A stretch of DNA of 64,000 nucleotides. Source: a virus (lineage: Duplodnaviria > Heunggongvirae > Uroviricota > Caudoviricetes). The translations under genes and the position numbers were made by a program. The notes under the pieces were generated by a model. That model had not been told where the DNA came from. It saw only the letters and a program-made list of their open reading frames with translations, and did no database searches. The stretch lies in IMG/VR virus record IMGVR_UViG_3300001528_000136, positions 122,906-186,905 of that record; one strand, given 5' to 3'. This document shows, piece by piece, positions 37,436 through 44,859 of this stretch (positions within the stretch are counted from its first letter, which is position 1; each line of letters starts with the position of its first letter).

Positions 37436-38063
37436 TTCTAAGTTCTTTTAATATTTTATTAGCTTTATCTACATCAAATTTATTATCATCTACAAGTATT
37501 ATTTGTTGATATATTTTTAAAAACTCTATACCACTTACTTTAGTACAAGTTAACCAACTTTTAAAGTCTCCATTAACCCCTTTGCATCTACCAAACTCAA
37601 AATTTAATACATTAGATAGTTCATTAAATTCTTCTCTAGTCCAATATCCTGCTGATTTAGTTATTATTTTATTAATTTTAGGACTTGTAGACATCTTTAA
37701 AGTGAAGTTCTTAAAATTATTTAACCTATTTAAAGTAGAAAAATCAGAATCACTTCTACAAGTATCTAATTTATTAGCTAAGTCTAAAGAATCTAATAAT
37801 TCAATTACTTTAGTTGCCCTAGCTAACATTAAAACGGGTTTCTTTTTAAAGAATAAAGCATAATAAGGACTTTCTAAAAATGGACTATATAATATTTGAA
37901 CATCAGCATCACTTTGAGAAATATGGTCAGAGTATCTTATTTTTAAACTCTTATATTTAAAATAAGTAGAAACTGTAGTGGTAGCCGCTTTAACAAGTTC
38001 AGTGCGATTAACTAAAAATGTTTCTAATTTATTCATTAATCTAAATATATAAAAATAGCCCAC
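37416..38063 (-). CDS. hypothetical protein (215 aa)
   Basis: Intact ORF. Confidence 0.3.
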   Translation of the reverse strand: MGYFYIFRLMNKLETFLVNRTELVKAATTTVSTYFKYKSLKIRYSDHISQSDADVQILYSPFLESPYYALFFKKKPVLMLARATKVIELLDSLDLANKLDTCRSDSDFSTLNRLNNFKNFTLKMSTSPKINKIITKSAGYWTREEFNELSNVLNFEFGRCKGVNGDFKSWLTCTKVSGIEFLKIYQQIILVDDNKFDVDKANKILKELRSDNTAS

Positions 38064-38109
38064 TCAAATTAATGAGCAGGCTATACGATTGTCATATAAT
38101 GTGCGTGAA

Positions 38110-38259
38110 TTACTCAAAATCTTCTTCTGAATCTTCTGTCCAACCTTTACAACCACAGTTGCATTCTGTACCTATACAATTACCAGCACAAGAACAGCCA
38201 GACATTAAAGATTCTTCAAGTTTAATAATATGAATTTCAGGAGTTAAATACTTTTTCAT
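38110..38259 (-). CDS. Cys-rich small peptide (49 aa, 6 Cys), SCIFF-like or metal-binding
   Basis: MKKYLTPEIHIIKLEESLMSGCSCAGNCIGTECNCGCKGWTEDSEEDFE. ATG at 38259, TAA at 38112-38110. The Cys spacing CxC-x3-C-x4-CxCxC recalls six-cysteine RiPP precursors. Not in the ORF track because it is under 60 aa. Confidence 0.35.
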   Translation of the reverse strand: MKKYLTPEIHIIKLEESLMSGCSCAGNCIGTECNCGCKGWTEDSEEDFE

Positions 38260-38587
38260 TAAAAACTATTGGAGAAACACATGTTTCATATACTATTTCA
38301 TTATCTGTTTTTATTATATAATAATAATCTTCAAATGTTTCTTCAATCCCTATAAATATACCTTTATAAGGTGATGTTACTTCTTTTCCTATGTTATTAA
38401 TTAAGTCTAACATCCAATCAGGTTCACTTCCATCTAAATTATATTTAGACTTAATTATTCTTTTAGTACTAAATAGGAGTGCATTTCGATATTTATCTAA
38501 TAAATCCATTAAAGATATTTTATTATCAATACTAATATTATTTACATCTATCTTTACTGGATTCTCAGTATCTATAACTAATTTCAT
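38237..38587 (-). CDS. hypothetical protein (116 aa)
   Basis: Intact ORF. Confidence 0.3.
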   Translation of the reverse strand: MKLVIDTENPVKIDVNNISIDNKISLMDLLDKYRNALLFSTKRIIKSKYNLDGSEPDWMLDLINNIGKEVTSPYKGIFIGIEETFEDYYYIIKTDNEIVYETCVSPIVFNEKVFNS

Positions 38588-38844
38588 AGTACTATTGAAA
38601 TAATAATTGCACCAATTAAAGCACCAATAACTTCTGATAAAATATACTTGTGTTTAACTCCTTTAATTACATTAAGATAAATAAATTCACATAATGTAAC
38701 GAATAATGATGTTAAGAAACCACAAGTACCTGCAACTAAACTCGTCATTCCATCAGTGGTCTTATAAAATATAACACCAGCTAACATAGTAATAGCAAAA
38801 GATAAAGTTGCTAATAAATTAGATTTACTTATTAATTTATTCAT
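38584..38844 (-). CDS. small integral membrane protein (86 aa)
   Basis: Three hydrophobic helices. Confidence 0.3.
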   Translation of the reverse strand: MNKLISKSNLLATLSFAITMLAGVIFYKTTDGMTSLVAGTCGFLTSLFVTLCEFIYLNVIKGVKHKYILSEVIGALIGAIIISIVL

Positions 38845-38869
38845 ATATTTAATTAGTTAAATAATTTAG

Positions 38870-38953
38870 TTGTCTGAGAGAGATTCGAACTCCCGAAGCT
38901 AAATAGCGGCTGATTTACAGTCAGCTGTGGTTGACCACTTCACATATCAGACA
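38870..38953 (-). tRNA. tRNA-Tyr (anticodon GUA), class II with a long variable arm
   Basis: Hand fold: acceptor TGTCTGA/TCAGACA. Anticodon stem GCTGA/TCAGC with loop CTGTAAA. Long variable arm. T-arm GGGAG-TTCGAAT-CTCTC. Confidence 0.55.
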
Positions 38954-38962
38954 ATAATTAGT

Positions 38963-39032
38963 TGCCGAGGTTGGAATTGCACCAACGTCCTCTAGCTTAT
39001 GAGGCTAGCAAGCTACTACTGCTCCACTCGGC
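38963..39032 (-). tRNA. tRNA-Met/Ile (anticodon CAU), short D-arm
   Basis: Acceptor GCCGAGT/CCTCGGC. Anticodon stem CTAGC/GCTAG with loop CTCATAA. T-stem GTTGG/CCAAC. Confidence 0.45.
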
Positions 39033-39196
39033 GATATAATATTAAAAGGAATAGTCGGCAGGGGTTTTGCTTTTAGTATCATCCTAACGTTGCTTCTTCC
39101 ATATCAAAATAACCTTCTTTAATTCATAAGGTAACGTTACCTCCCTACTACATAATCCGTGAGTTATAATGATATTGATACATACCCCCATGTTAA

Positions 39197-39270
39197 GGGC
39201 TTCCACCCAGACTCGAACTGAGAAAAACTGATTACAAATCAGTCATTTTACCGATTAAAATTACAGAAGC
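39197..39270 (-). tRNA. tRNA-Thr (anticodon UGU)
   Basis: Acceptor GCTTCTG/TGGAAGC. D-arm ATTT-TAATCGGTA-AAAT. Anticodon stem ACTGA/TCAGT with loop TTTGTAA. T-arm CTCAG-TTCGAGT-CTGGG. Confidence 0.55.
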
Positions 39271-39275
39271 ATTAG

Positions 39276-39349
39276 TGGACCACTAGAGAATCGAACTCTA
39301 CACAGAAATCTTGCAAGGATTCCTCGCCAGCCTTGGTACATGGCAGCCC
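39276..39349 (-). tRNA. tRNA-Ala (anticodon UGC) with G3:U70
   Basis: Acceptor GGGCTGC/GTGGTCC gives a G3-U70 wobble, the Ala identity element. Anticodon stem GAATC/GATTT with loop CTTGCAA. T-arm TAGAG-TTCGATT-CTCTA. The D-arm is atypical. Confidence 0.45.
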
Positions 39350-39589
39350 AAATATATAGATTTAATAAGTATGAATCATCACTCCTTACATCAGTAAGTA
39401 CCCATTTGGTACTTACTCTCAGAAATCTAATTAATTAAATAATTGGTGGCATATACAATCTACAATACTGATTTGCATACCATTCCCAAGCTTTTTTCAA
39501 GCCTTTAAGATAAGATTTCACAATTCTTTTCATACAATTAAAAAATTAATAGTTAATTTAATTAATCTAATTATATTACAGAAGGAGTG

Positions 39590-39662
39590 AGCAGGATAAG
39601 GGATTCAAACCCTCCCATTCAGCTTGGAAGGCTGACATGCTATCACTAACACCAATCCTGCA
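39590..39662 (-). tRNA. tRNA-Gly (anticodon UCC)
   Basis: Acceptor GCAGGAT/ATCCTGC. Anticodon stem TCAGC/GCTGA with loop CTTCCAA. T-arm GAGGG-TTTGAAT-CCCTT. Confidence 0.55.
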
Positions 39663-39922
39663 GGGTGAAAAACAACAACAAGAACTTTCCATAGGTAAGT
39701 CACTTTAACTCAATACCATGAATAAGTTGATTTTGAATATCACCTATATAGTCTTGGGCTTTCAGCAACTTTCCTACGGAAAGTATATTACAGTAATTTC
39801 TTAAGTGCCAAATCAAATTTTGTTAAAATTTTTTATCACATTAGAAAGCCACATTTACCTATATTATTTATGTGTAGGATAAATATTTGTAGGTGTTGTT
39901 TCACTGAAAAAATAATCTGATT

Positions 39923-40294
39923 TCATAATTTAATCTTATTTAAAAATTCTTCAAATTTAGCGTTAAATATTTGTTCAACTACAGGAATACCACTAAGTAA
40001 CCAATCAAATACATCATGTCCTCTTTCAATTCTATAAGTTTTATTTAGAGTATCATAACATAATTCAATTGCATCACAGTCATGTTCATTAATAGAAACT
40101 ATCTTAATCCAATATCTAGTATCACCATAATCAATAAATCTAAATCTGTCTTTAGCTAAAGTACTTTTATGTATAGTATCTTCAATCTCATCTCTTTCTT
40201 TAGTTAAAGATTCAATCTTAGTATTTAATTCATTAAGTTTTTCAATATCAGTCATTGCTAAATAATACTTTAAGTGACTCTTTCCAGTTGCCAT
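39923..40294 (-). CDS. hypothetical protein (123 aa)
   Basis: Intact ORF. Confidence 0.3.
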   Translation of the reverse strand: MATGKSHLKYYLAMTDIEKLNELNTKIESLTKERDEIEDTIHKSTLAKDRFRFIDYGDTRYWIKIVSINEHDCDAIELCYDTLNKTYRIERGHDVFDWLLSGIPVVEQIFNAKFEEFLNKIKL

Positions 40295-40463
40295 ATCTTA
40301 TTCCCAAATAAGCAGCTATTATAGTATTAACTATAGGACAAATAATAAGAAACCATAGTAAACAACTATCTGGAACCTTTCTTTTATCACATCTATCAAC
40401 TATGAAACAAATGCTAGCTAACCATGTTATAATAAGAAAAACCCATAATATAATACTAGTCAT
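40248..40463 (-). CDS. small membrane protein (71 aa)
   Basis: Two hydrophobic helices. Confidence 0.3.
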   Translation of the reverse strand: MTSIILWVFLIITWLASICFIVDRCDKRKVPDSCLLWFLIICPIVNTIIAAYLGIRYGNWKESLKVLFSND

Positions 40464-41631
40464 AAATAGTTCCTGCTTCTATTATATTAGAATCTTCACT
40501 CATTCCTAGATAAACATGGTCTATGGGTAAATCCCATAACATAAGACTTTTTATAAAAGCTTGCTTAAATAAGGACTTAGGTGGCAAACAATTGTTATGA
40601 ATAGGAATATTATCATCTTTGATGCAATCCCAATGTGTGACTACTATATTGAATTTAAGATTATACTTTTCATTGTAATTATCAAGTCTATGTCTATCTA
40701 TAACTCTACCAAATAGTGGAAAATCAAAAGCGCCTCTCTTAAATACTCCTTGTACTCCATCATCACTATTAGAGGGTTCATCTAAAGTAAAGTATTTAGT
40801 TAAATCACATTTGTCATTAAATTCCCATCCATTACCATGTCTAGTTAGATAGGGTCTCATAACTAAATAGACCTCCATAGGATTCTTAAAGTTAGATTCA
40901 GGAATACCATTAAGACCTGTTTTACTAGGAGTGCAATGAGGCATAAATCCACAATCCATATCTAATAAAAGACCTTGTGAACCTTCCCATATTACAGTAT
41001 CAAAATCATAACTAAGTCTTTGGTCATTAACTGGACTCCATGATACTATTTTAAATGTATCTTCTTTAGTGCGCAAAAAGTCACAAGCTTTTATAAAGAG
41101 TTCTTCTAAAGACTGGTCTTTACCAAATTTATAATATTCTCTAATATCTTCCAAATATGTTATAGGATAAGTTATAAGGTCTCGAACATTATAAAAACTC
41201 CATTCATTAGAAAGATTCTGGTATCTCTCATAAGTATTGTAAATACCTTTGCCACATGTACCATCCTTATGTATCTTTTCATTAAGAGAGTTAGCTAGGA
41301 CATCATAAGGTGAAATTATTCTACACTCACTATTAATATACAGAGGTGGAACTTCTACTCCTTCTTTAATTAGCGTTTCGTACTCATTATAGATACATAT
41401 AGGGTCTATAAATACATTCTTATTTAAATAGGTTGGAATACCAAGTAGTACACCAGAACCCCAAGAACTACAAATATGAGACTTACCACTATAAACCACC
41501 CTATGACCTGCCTGGGGACCCCCACTAAAGCGATGGACGATAGGTCTTCTACTGTTTTGGCACAGCCATTGAACAGTATTCCCTTTACCAGAGTCACCAA
41601 AGAATGCATCAATTACTACTTTGTGTTGCAT
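40456..41631 (-). CDS. adenylosuccinate synthetase family protein (PurA/PurZ-like)
   Basis: N-terminal P-loop VVIDAFFGDSGKGNTVQW (PurA QWGDEGKGK-like). GTCGKGIYNTYERY (PurA GTTxxGIGPAY-like). 391 aa. Confidence 0.65.
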   Translation of the reverse strand: MQHKVVIDAFFGDSGKGNTVQWLCQNSRRPIVHRFSGGPQAGHRVVYSGKSHICSSWGSGVLLGIPTYLNKNVFIDPICIYNEYETLIKEGVEVPPLYINSECRIISPYDVLANSLNEKIHKDGTCGKGIYNTYERYQNLSNEWSFYNVRDLITYPITYLEDIREYYKFGKDQSLEELFIKACDFLRTKEDTFKIVSWSPVNDQRLSYDFDTVIWEGSQGLLLDMDCGFMPHCTPSKTGLNGIPESNFKNPMEVYLVMRPYLTRHGNGWEFNDKCDLTKYFTLDEPSNSDDGVQGVFKRGAFDFPLFGRVIDRHRLDNYNEKYNLKFNIVVTHWDCIKDDNIPIHNNCLPPKSLFKQAFIKSLMLWDLPIDHVYLGMSEDSNIIEAGTIYD

Positions 41632-42424
41632 AACTGTTAGCTACAATACGTGAAATAGTTTTACCTACATTATCTGGACTAGATATAACTAAATTATCAC
41701 CTACATAAGGTGTCCAGCTAGGCATAATATGTCTCTTTAAGTCATACCAGCTATCATGCTCAACATGAATGTGATAAACATCCCATTTTTCAGATACTGC
41801 TTCATAAATAGTAGAAGTAGCTAAATCCTCACCACATTCATCACCAATATAGTGAGTTATCGCTTCTCTAGGTAGTACCTTATGGATTGGTTCATCACTA
41901 ATTGTGATTAAGCAGCCTTTAACACTTCTTTTATCAAAAGCATCTGTTTTAATGTGTTTGGAAGCAAAATACCAACACATATGTGGGTCTTCACCTCCGT
42001 TACCACCACCTTTACCTTCAAGATATATCTTACGAAGCCACTTCTCCATAAGTTCATCAGAGGATTCAAATTGTCCTACTTGCAATGGGGCTTCTTCATA
42101 ACAACCTTCCACATCACCAAATGCCATAAAACAGATTTGAGGATTATCAATACCTGCTTTCATAATACTCTTCATACAATCAGGCAGAGTATTATCAATG
42201 AGATATTTAGGAATTGAGCCCATAGAACCAGTCTCATCCAATGCAATAATTATAGGGAAAGACTCTGGATGCTCTTCAGAATCACAAGATTCTCTATAAT
42301 TAATATTAATTGGATTCATTTCTGAATCAATATGTTTCTTACTAAATGTTTTCTCTATAGATTGAGATTTATAACCAACACTTCTACTCTTAGCATTAAT
42401 ATAAGAATAACTTCCACCACCCAT
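41609..42424 (-). CDS. von Willebrand factor A (vWA) domain protein (TerY-like?)
   Basis: MIDAS-like IIIALDETGSMGS (DxTGSM). 271 aa. Confidence 0.45.
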   Translation of the reverse strand: MGGGSYSYINAKSRSVGYKSQSIEKTFSKKHIDSEMNPININYRESCDSEEHPESFPIIIALDETGSMGSIPKYLIDNTLPDCMKSIMKAGIDNPQICFMAFGDVEGCYEEAPLQVGQFESSDELMEKWLRKIYLEGKGGGNGGEDPHMCWYFASKHIKTDAFDKRSVKGCLITISDEPIHKVLPREAITHYIGDECGEDLATSTIYEAVSEKWDVYHIHVEHDSWYDLKRHIMPSWTPYVGDNLVISSPDNVGKTISRIVANSYATQSSN

Positions 42425-43524
42425 TACTTAGTCTCCTCTTCTTTAGGTTCAACTTTAGGAGTTAACACATTAACTAAACTAGCTAAAGTATCAGCAAGTT
42501 TATCTACTTTGGCATTGACCTTATCTAATTCAGATGATTCTTCTGGCTTAGATGAATTTTTAGTAATACTCTGATTTACACTATTATTGGTTTGACCAAA
42601 CATATTAGCAAATGGATTATTACCACCTTGCATCATTTGAGACATCATAAGCATTTCCATCATGCCTCCACCATTACCACTCTGTTTGTTCTTATCCAAC
42701 ATCCATAAGAGTGCCATATTAAAGCCACCACCTGTATTACTAAATAGATTCTTACCTTCTGGAGTCATAGATAAAGCCATAAGAGATTCAATATCAAATG
42801 AATCGCCATTAGCTAAAGCCAACACAATGGGATTAAATCCGCAACTTTCATCAAAGTTAAATGGATTGATAATTACCTTAGTAGTAGCCTGACCCATAAC
42901 AGCATCTTTGATAGCTTTCTTGTTATGAGTATAACCACTGTAAGATAATGTCTTTAAAGTACCATCATTTCCAACACCAATAACATAACTATATGAATTA
43001 GCGTTCTTAATGATTTCACCACTACGAATCTGATTAGTGGGTTTAGCAATACTAAAGATAAATGGTAATTCAATAGTCATTGCTTCTGGATAACTAGTTA
43101 AATCACCATTAGAGTCAATAGCAATCCAATCATCAGAATCTCTGCTAGGTTTTACACAGAGTGTACCACCCATAGACATTCTGACATCAGTTTCTTGTTG
43201 AGGCATAAATTGAGCAGTATATCTACTCAAAATACCACTAAACATACCATTTTTCTTACCGCTGTTTAATTCCATTTTGTTTTTATTTAAGTTATTAACT
43301 ACTAATTTATCGTTAATTGTAAGTACTGTAGCGTGAACAAATTCTGATTCTCTCTGCGATTTATTAAATACCCATCGTACTTGAAATGGTTGGTCATAAC
43401 CTTCAAGAGTTAGCATATCACCGTTCTTTATATATTGATGGTCAATAATAAAAGCATCATTATCACGACAATCAATTTCAGCTACAGATAATTTATGGTC
43501 TGTAAAAACACCTCTAATTATCAT
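42424..43524 (-). CDS. hypothetical protein with a G/M/Q-rich low-complexity C-terminal region (366 aa)
   Basis: Intact ORF. ...GGGFNMALLWML...GNGGGMMEMLMMSQMMQGGNNPF. Confidence 0.35.
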   Translation of the reverse strand: MIIRGVFTDHKLSVAEIDCRDNDAFIIDHQYIKNGDMLTLEGYDQPFQVRWVFNKSQRESEFVHATVLTINDKLVVNNLNKNKMELNSGKKNGMFSGILSRYTAQFMPQQETDVRMSMGGTLCVKPSRDSDDWIAIDSNGDLTSYPEAMTIELPFIFSIAKPTNQIRSGEIIKNANSYSYVIGVGNDGTLKTLSYSGYTHNKKAIKDAVMGQATTKVIINPFNFDESCGFNPIVLALANGDSFDIESLMALSMTPEGKNLFSNTGGGFNMALLWMLDKNKQSGNGGGMMEMLMMSQMMQGGNNPFANMFGQTNNSVNQSITKNSSKPEESSELDKVNAKVDKLADTLASLVNVLTPKVEPKEEETK

Positions 43525-43745
43525 ACTAAAATCACAGTAATTGTATCATTAATTAAATCTGTAATTACGTTTTCAACTTTATACATACTAGAACCAGCAC
43601 ATACAGTTTCTCCTATCCTAGGTACATAATTAAGTTTATCATCTTTCAGAGAGTGTGAAACGAATAATTTTCTGGTCTCTAAAATATCTCCCTTTCTATT
43701 CTTATAATAGATTTTCATAAAGCTCTTATTGTGTATTCTATACAA
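43521..43745 (-). CDS. hypothetical protein (74 aa)
   Basis: Intact ORF. Confidence 0.25.
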   Translation of the reverse strand: MYRIHNKSFMKIYYKNRKGDILETRKLFVSHSLKDDKLNYVPRIGETVCAGSSMYKVENVITDLINDTITVILV

Positions 43746-43897
43746 TCAATATCTAAGTTATAACATTTATCAGTTACAACATACTTAGCACCTTTGATTT
43801 TAATATAATCACCTTTAATTAGGTTCTCATAGTTATTATTCTTTTTAATATCAAAAGGAGCAAGTTTTGAACCACCAACATGAAATATTACACTCAT
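43715..43897 (-). CDS. hypothetical protein (60 aa)
   Basis: Intact ORF. Confidence 0.2.
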   Translation of the reverse strand: MSVIFHVGGSKLAPFDIKKNNNYENLIKGDYIKIKGAKYVVTDKCYNLDIDCIEYTIRAL

Positions 43898-44121
43898 AGT
43901 TTAATTAATTCATCTCTATAAAGTTTATTATACTTAGTACCTAAAGCTTTCATTAACTTATAAAAATCAGCTCTAGCACCACTATCACATTTAATTAATT
44001 CTTTTATTTTATTTATATAAGAATCTTCTGGAATAGCCATACTCTGATTTGTCATAAGATATTTAGTTATAATAATCTTATTAGTTAATTGAGAAGCTTT
44101 TGTTGCTGTTTCTTCTGTCAT
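43894..44121 (-). CDS. hypothetical protein (75 aa)
   Basis: Intact ORF. Confidence 0.25.
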   Translation of the reverse strand: MTEETATKASQLTNKIIITKYLMTNQSMAIPEDSYINKIKELIKCDSGARADFYKLMKALGTKYNKLYRDELIKL

Positions 44122-44336
44122 ATTAACTATCTATTACATAAAATATGTATGTCCAAATTAATATAAATGTTATCAACAATATACAAGACATTATACCTCT
44201 TTAATAGAAATGAACTTATACATAGTTTGACAATAATGACCTATGAAATTAGCTTTAACCTTTTCCATACTTATACCTGTTAATTTAATAGTACACTCTT
44301 TATTTTTACGAGCGTCATAGTATGTTACTTCAAATT

Positions 44337-44747
44337 TCATATTACTATTGATTTATTAATTAGTTTATCTAAAGCATCCTTCAACCCATTTCTATCAGTA
44401 AGAGATACAATAAGTCCTTTTTGAGATAATTCAACATCAAACTCATAAGTTTTATTAGTTAAACTCTTCCAAACAATAGCTTTTTTATCAGCTATACTTA
44501 TATTCTTCCAAGTAAATAACTTACAATGAGTACCATTAAATAAGACATCATGTTCTCCCTCTGGTATATCATAGAAATAAATAGGTAATCCTATTCCTTC
44601 TTTATAATATTGAGATACTTTATTTAAATATGTGGGATTAATTACAACTAAATCTGTATCATATCTAGATTGTAAAGCACCATGAATATAGAAATTAGGT
44701 TGAAATTCCCATGTATTGTGTCTAGCTAAACTATTGAATTCTAACAT
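44337..44747 (-). CDS. hypothetical protein (136 aa)
   Basis: Intact ORF. Confidence 0.3.
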   Translation of the reverse strand: MLEFNSLARHNTWEFQPNFYIHGALQSRYDTDLVVINPTYLNKVSQYYKEGIGLPIYFYDIPEGEHDVLFNGTHCKLFTWKNISIADKKAIVWKSLTNKTYEFDVELSQKGLIVSLTDRNGLKDALDKLINKSIVI

Positions 44748-44859
44748 TTCTTCTTTTTAAACTTACGTATGAGCCATAAATCTAGTAATAGGGCGACTAT
44801 GAAAATAATCACAATCGCCCAGATGCATTGCATAAATGTTAATACAATCATCTATGTAG

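Noticed and set aside
39050-39196. 150-nt spacer inside the tRNA array containing the 12-nt palindrome GGTAACGTTACC
   Set aside because: It could be a processing or terminator element or a decayed tRNA. No tRNA fold was found, and the palindrome alone is insufficient for a call.
40456-41631. Z-genome (2-aminoadenine) biosynthesis call for the PurA-like gene
   Set aside because: No DatZ or MazZ-type partner genes were recognised in the window, and the substrate-pocket residues cannot be judged by eye. Left as a question to test, not a call.
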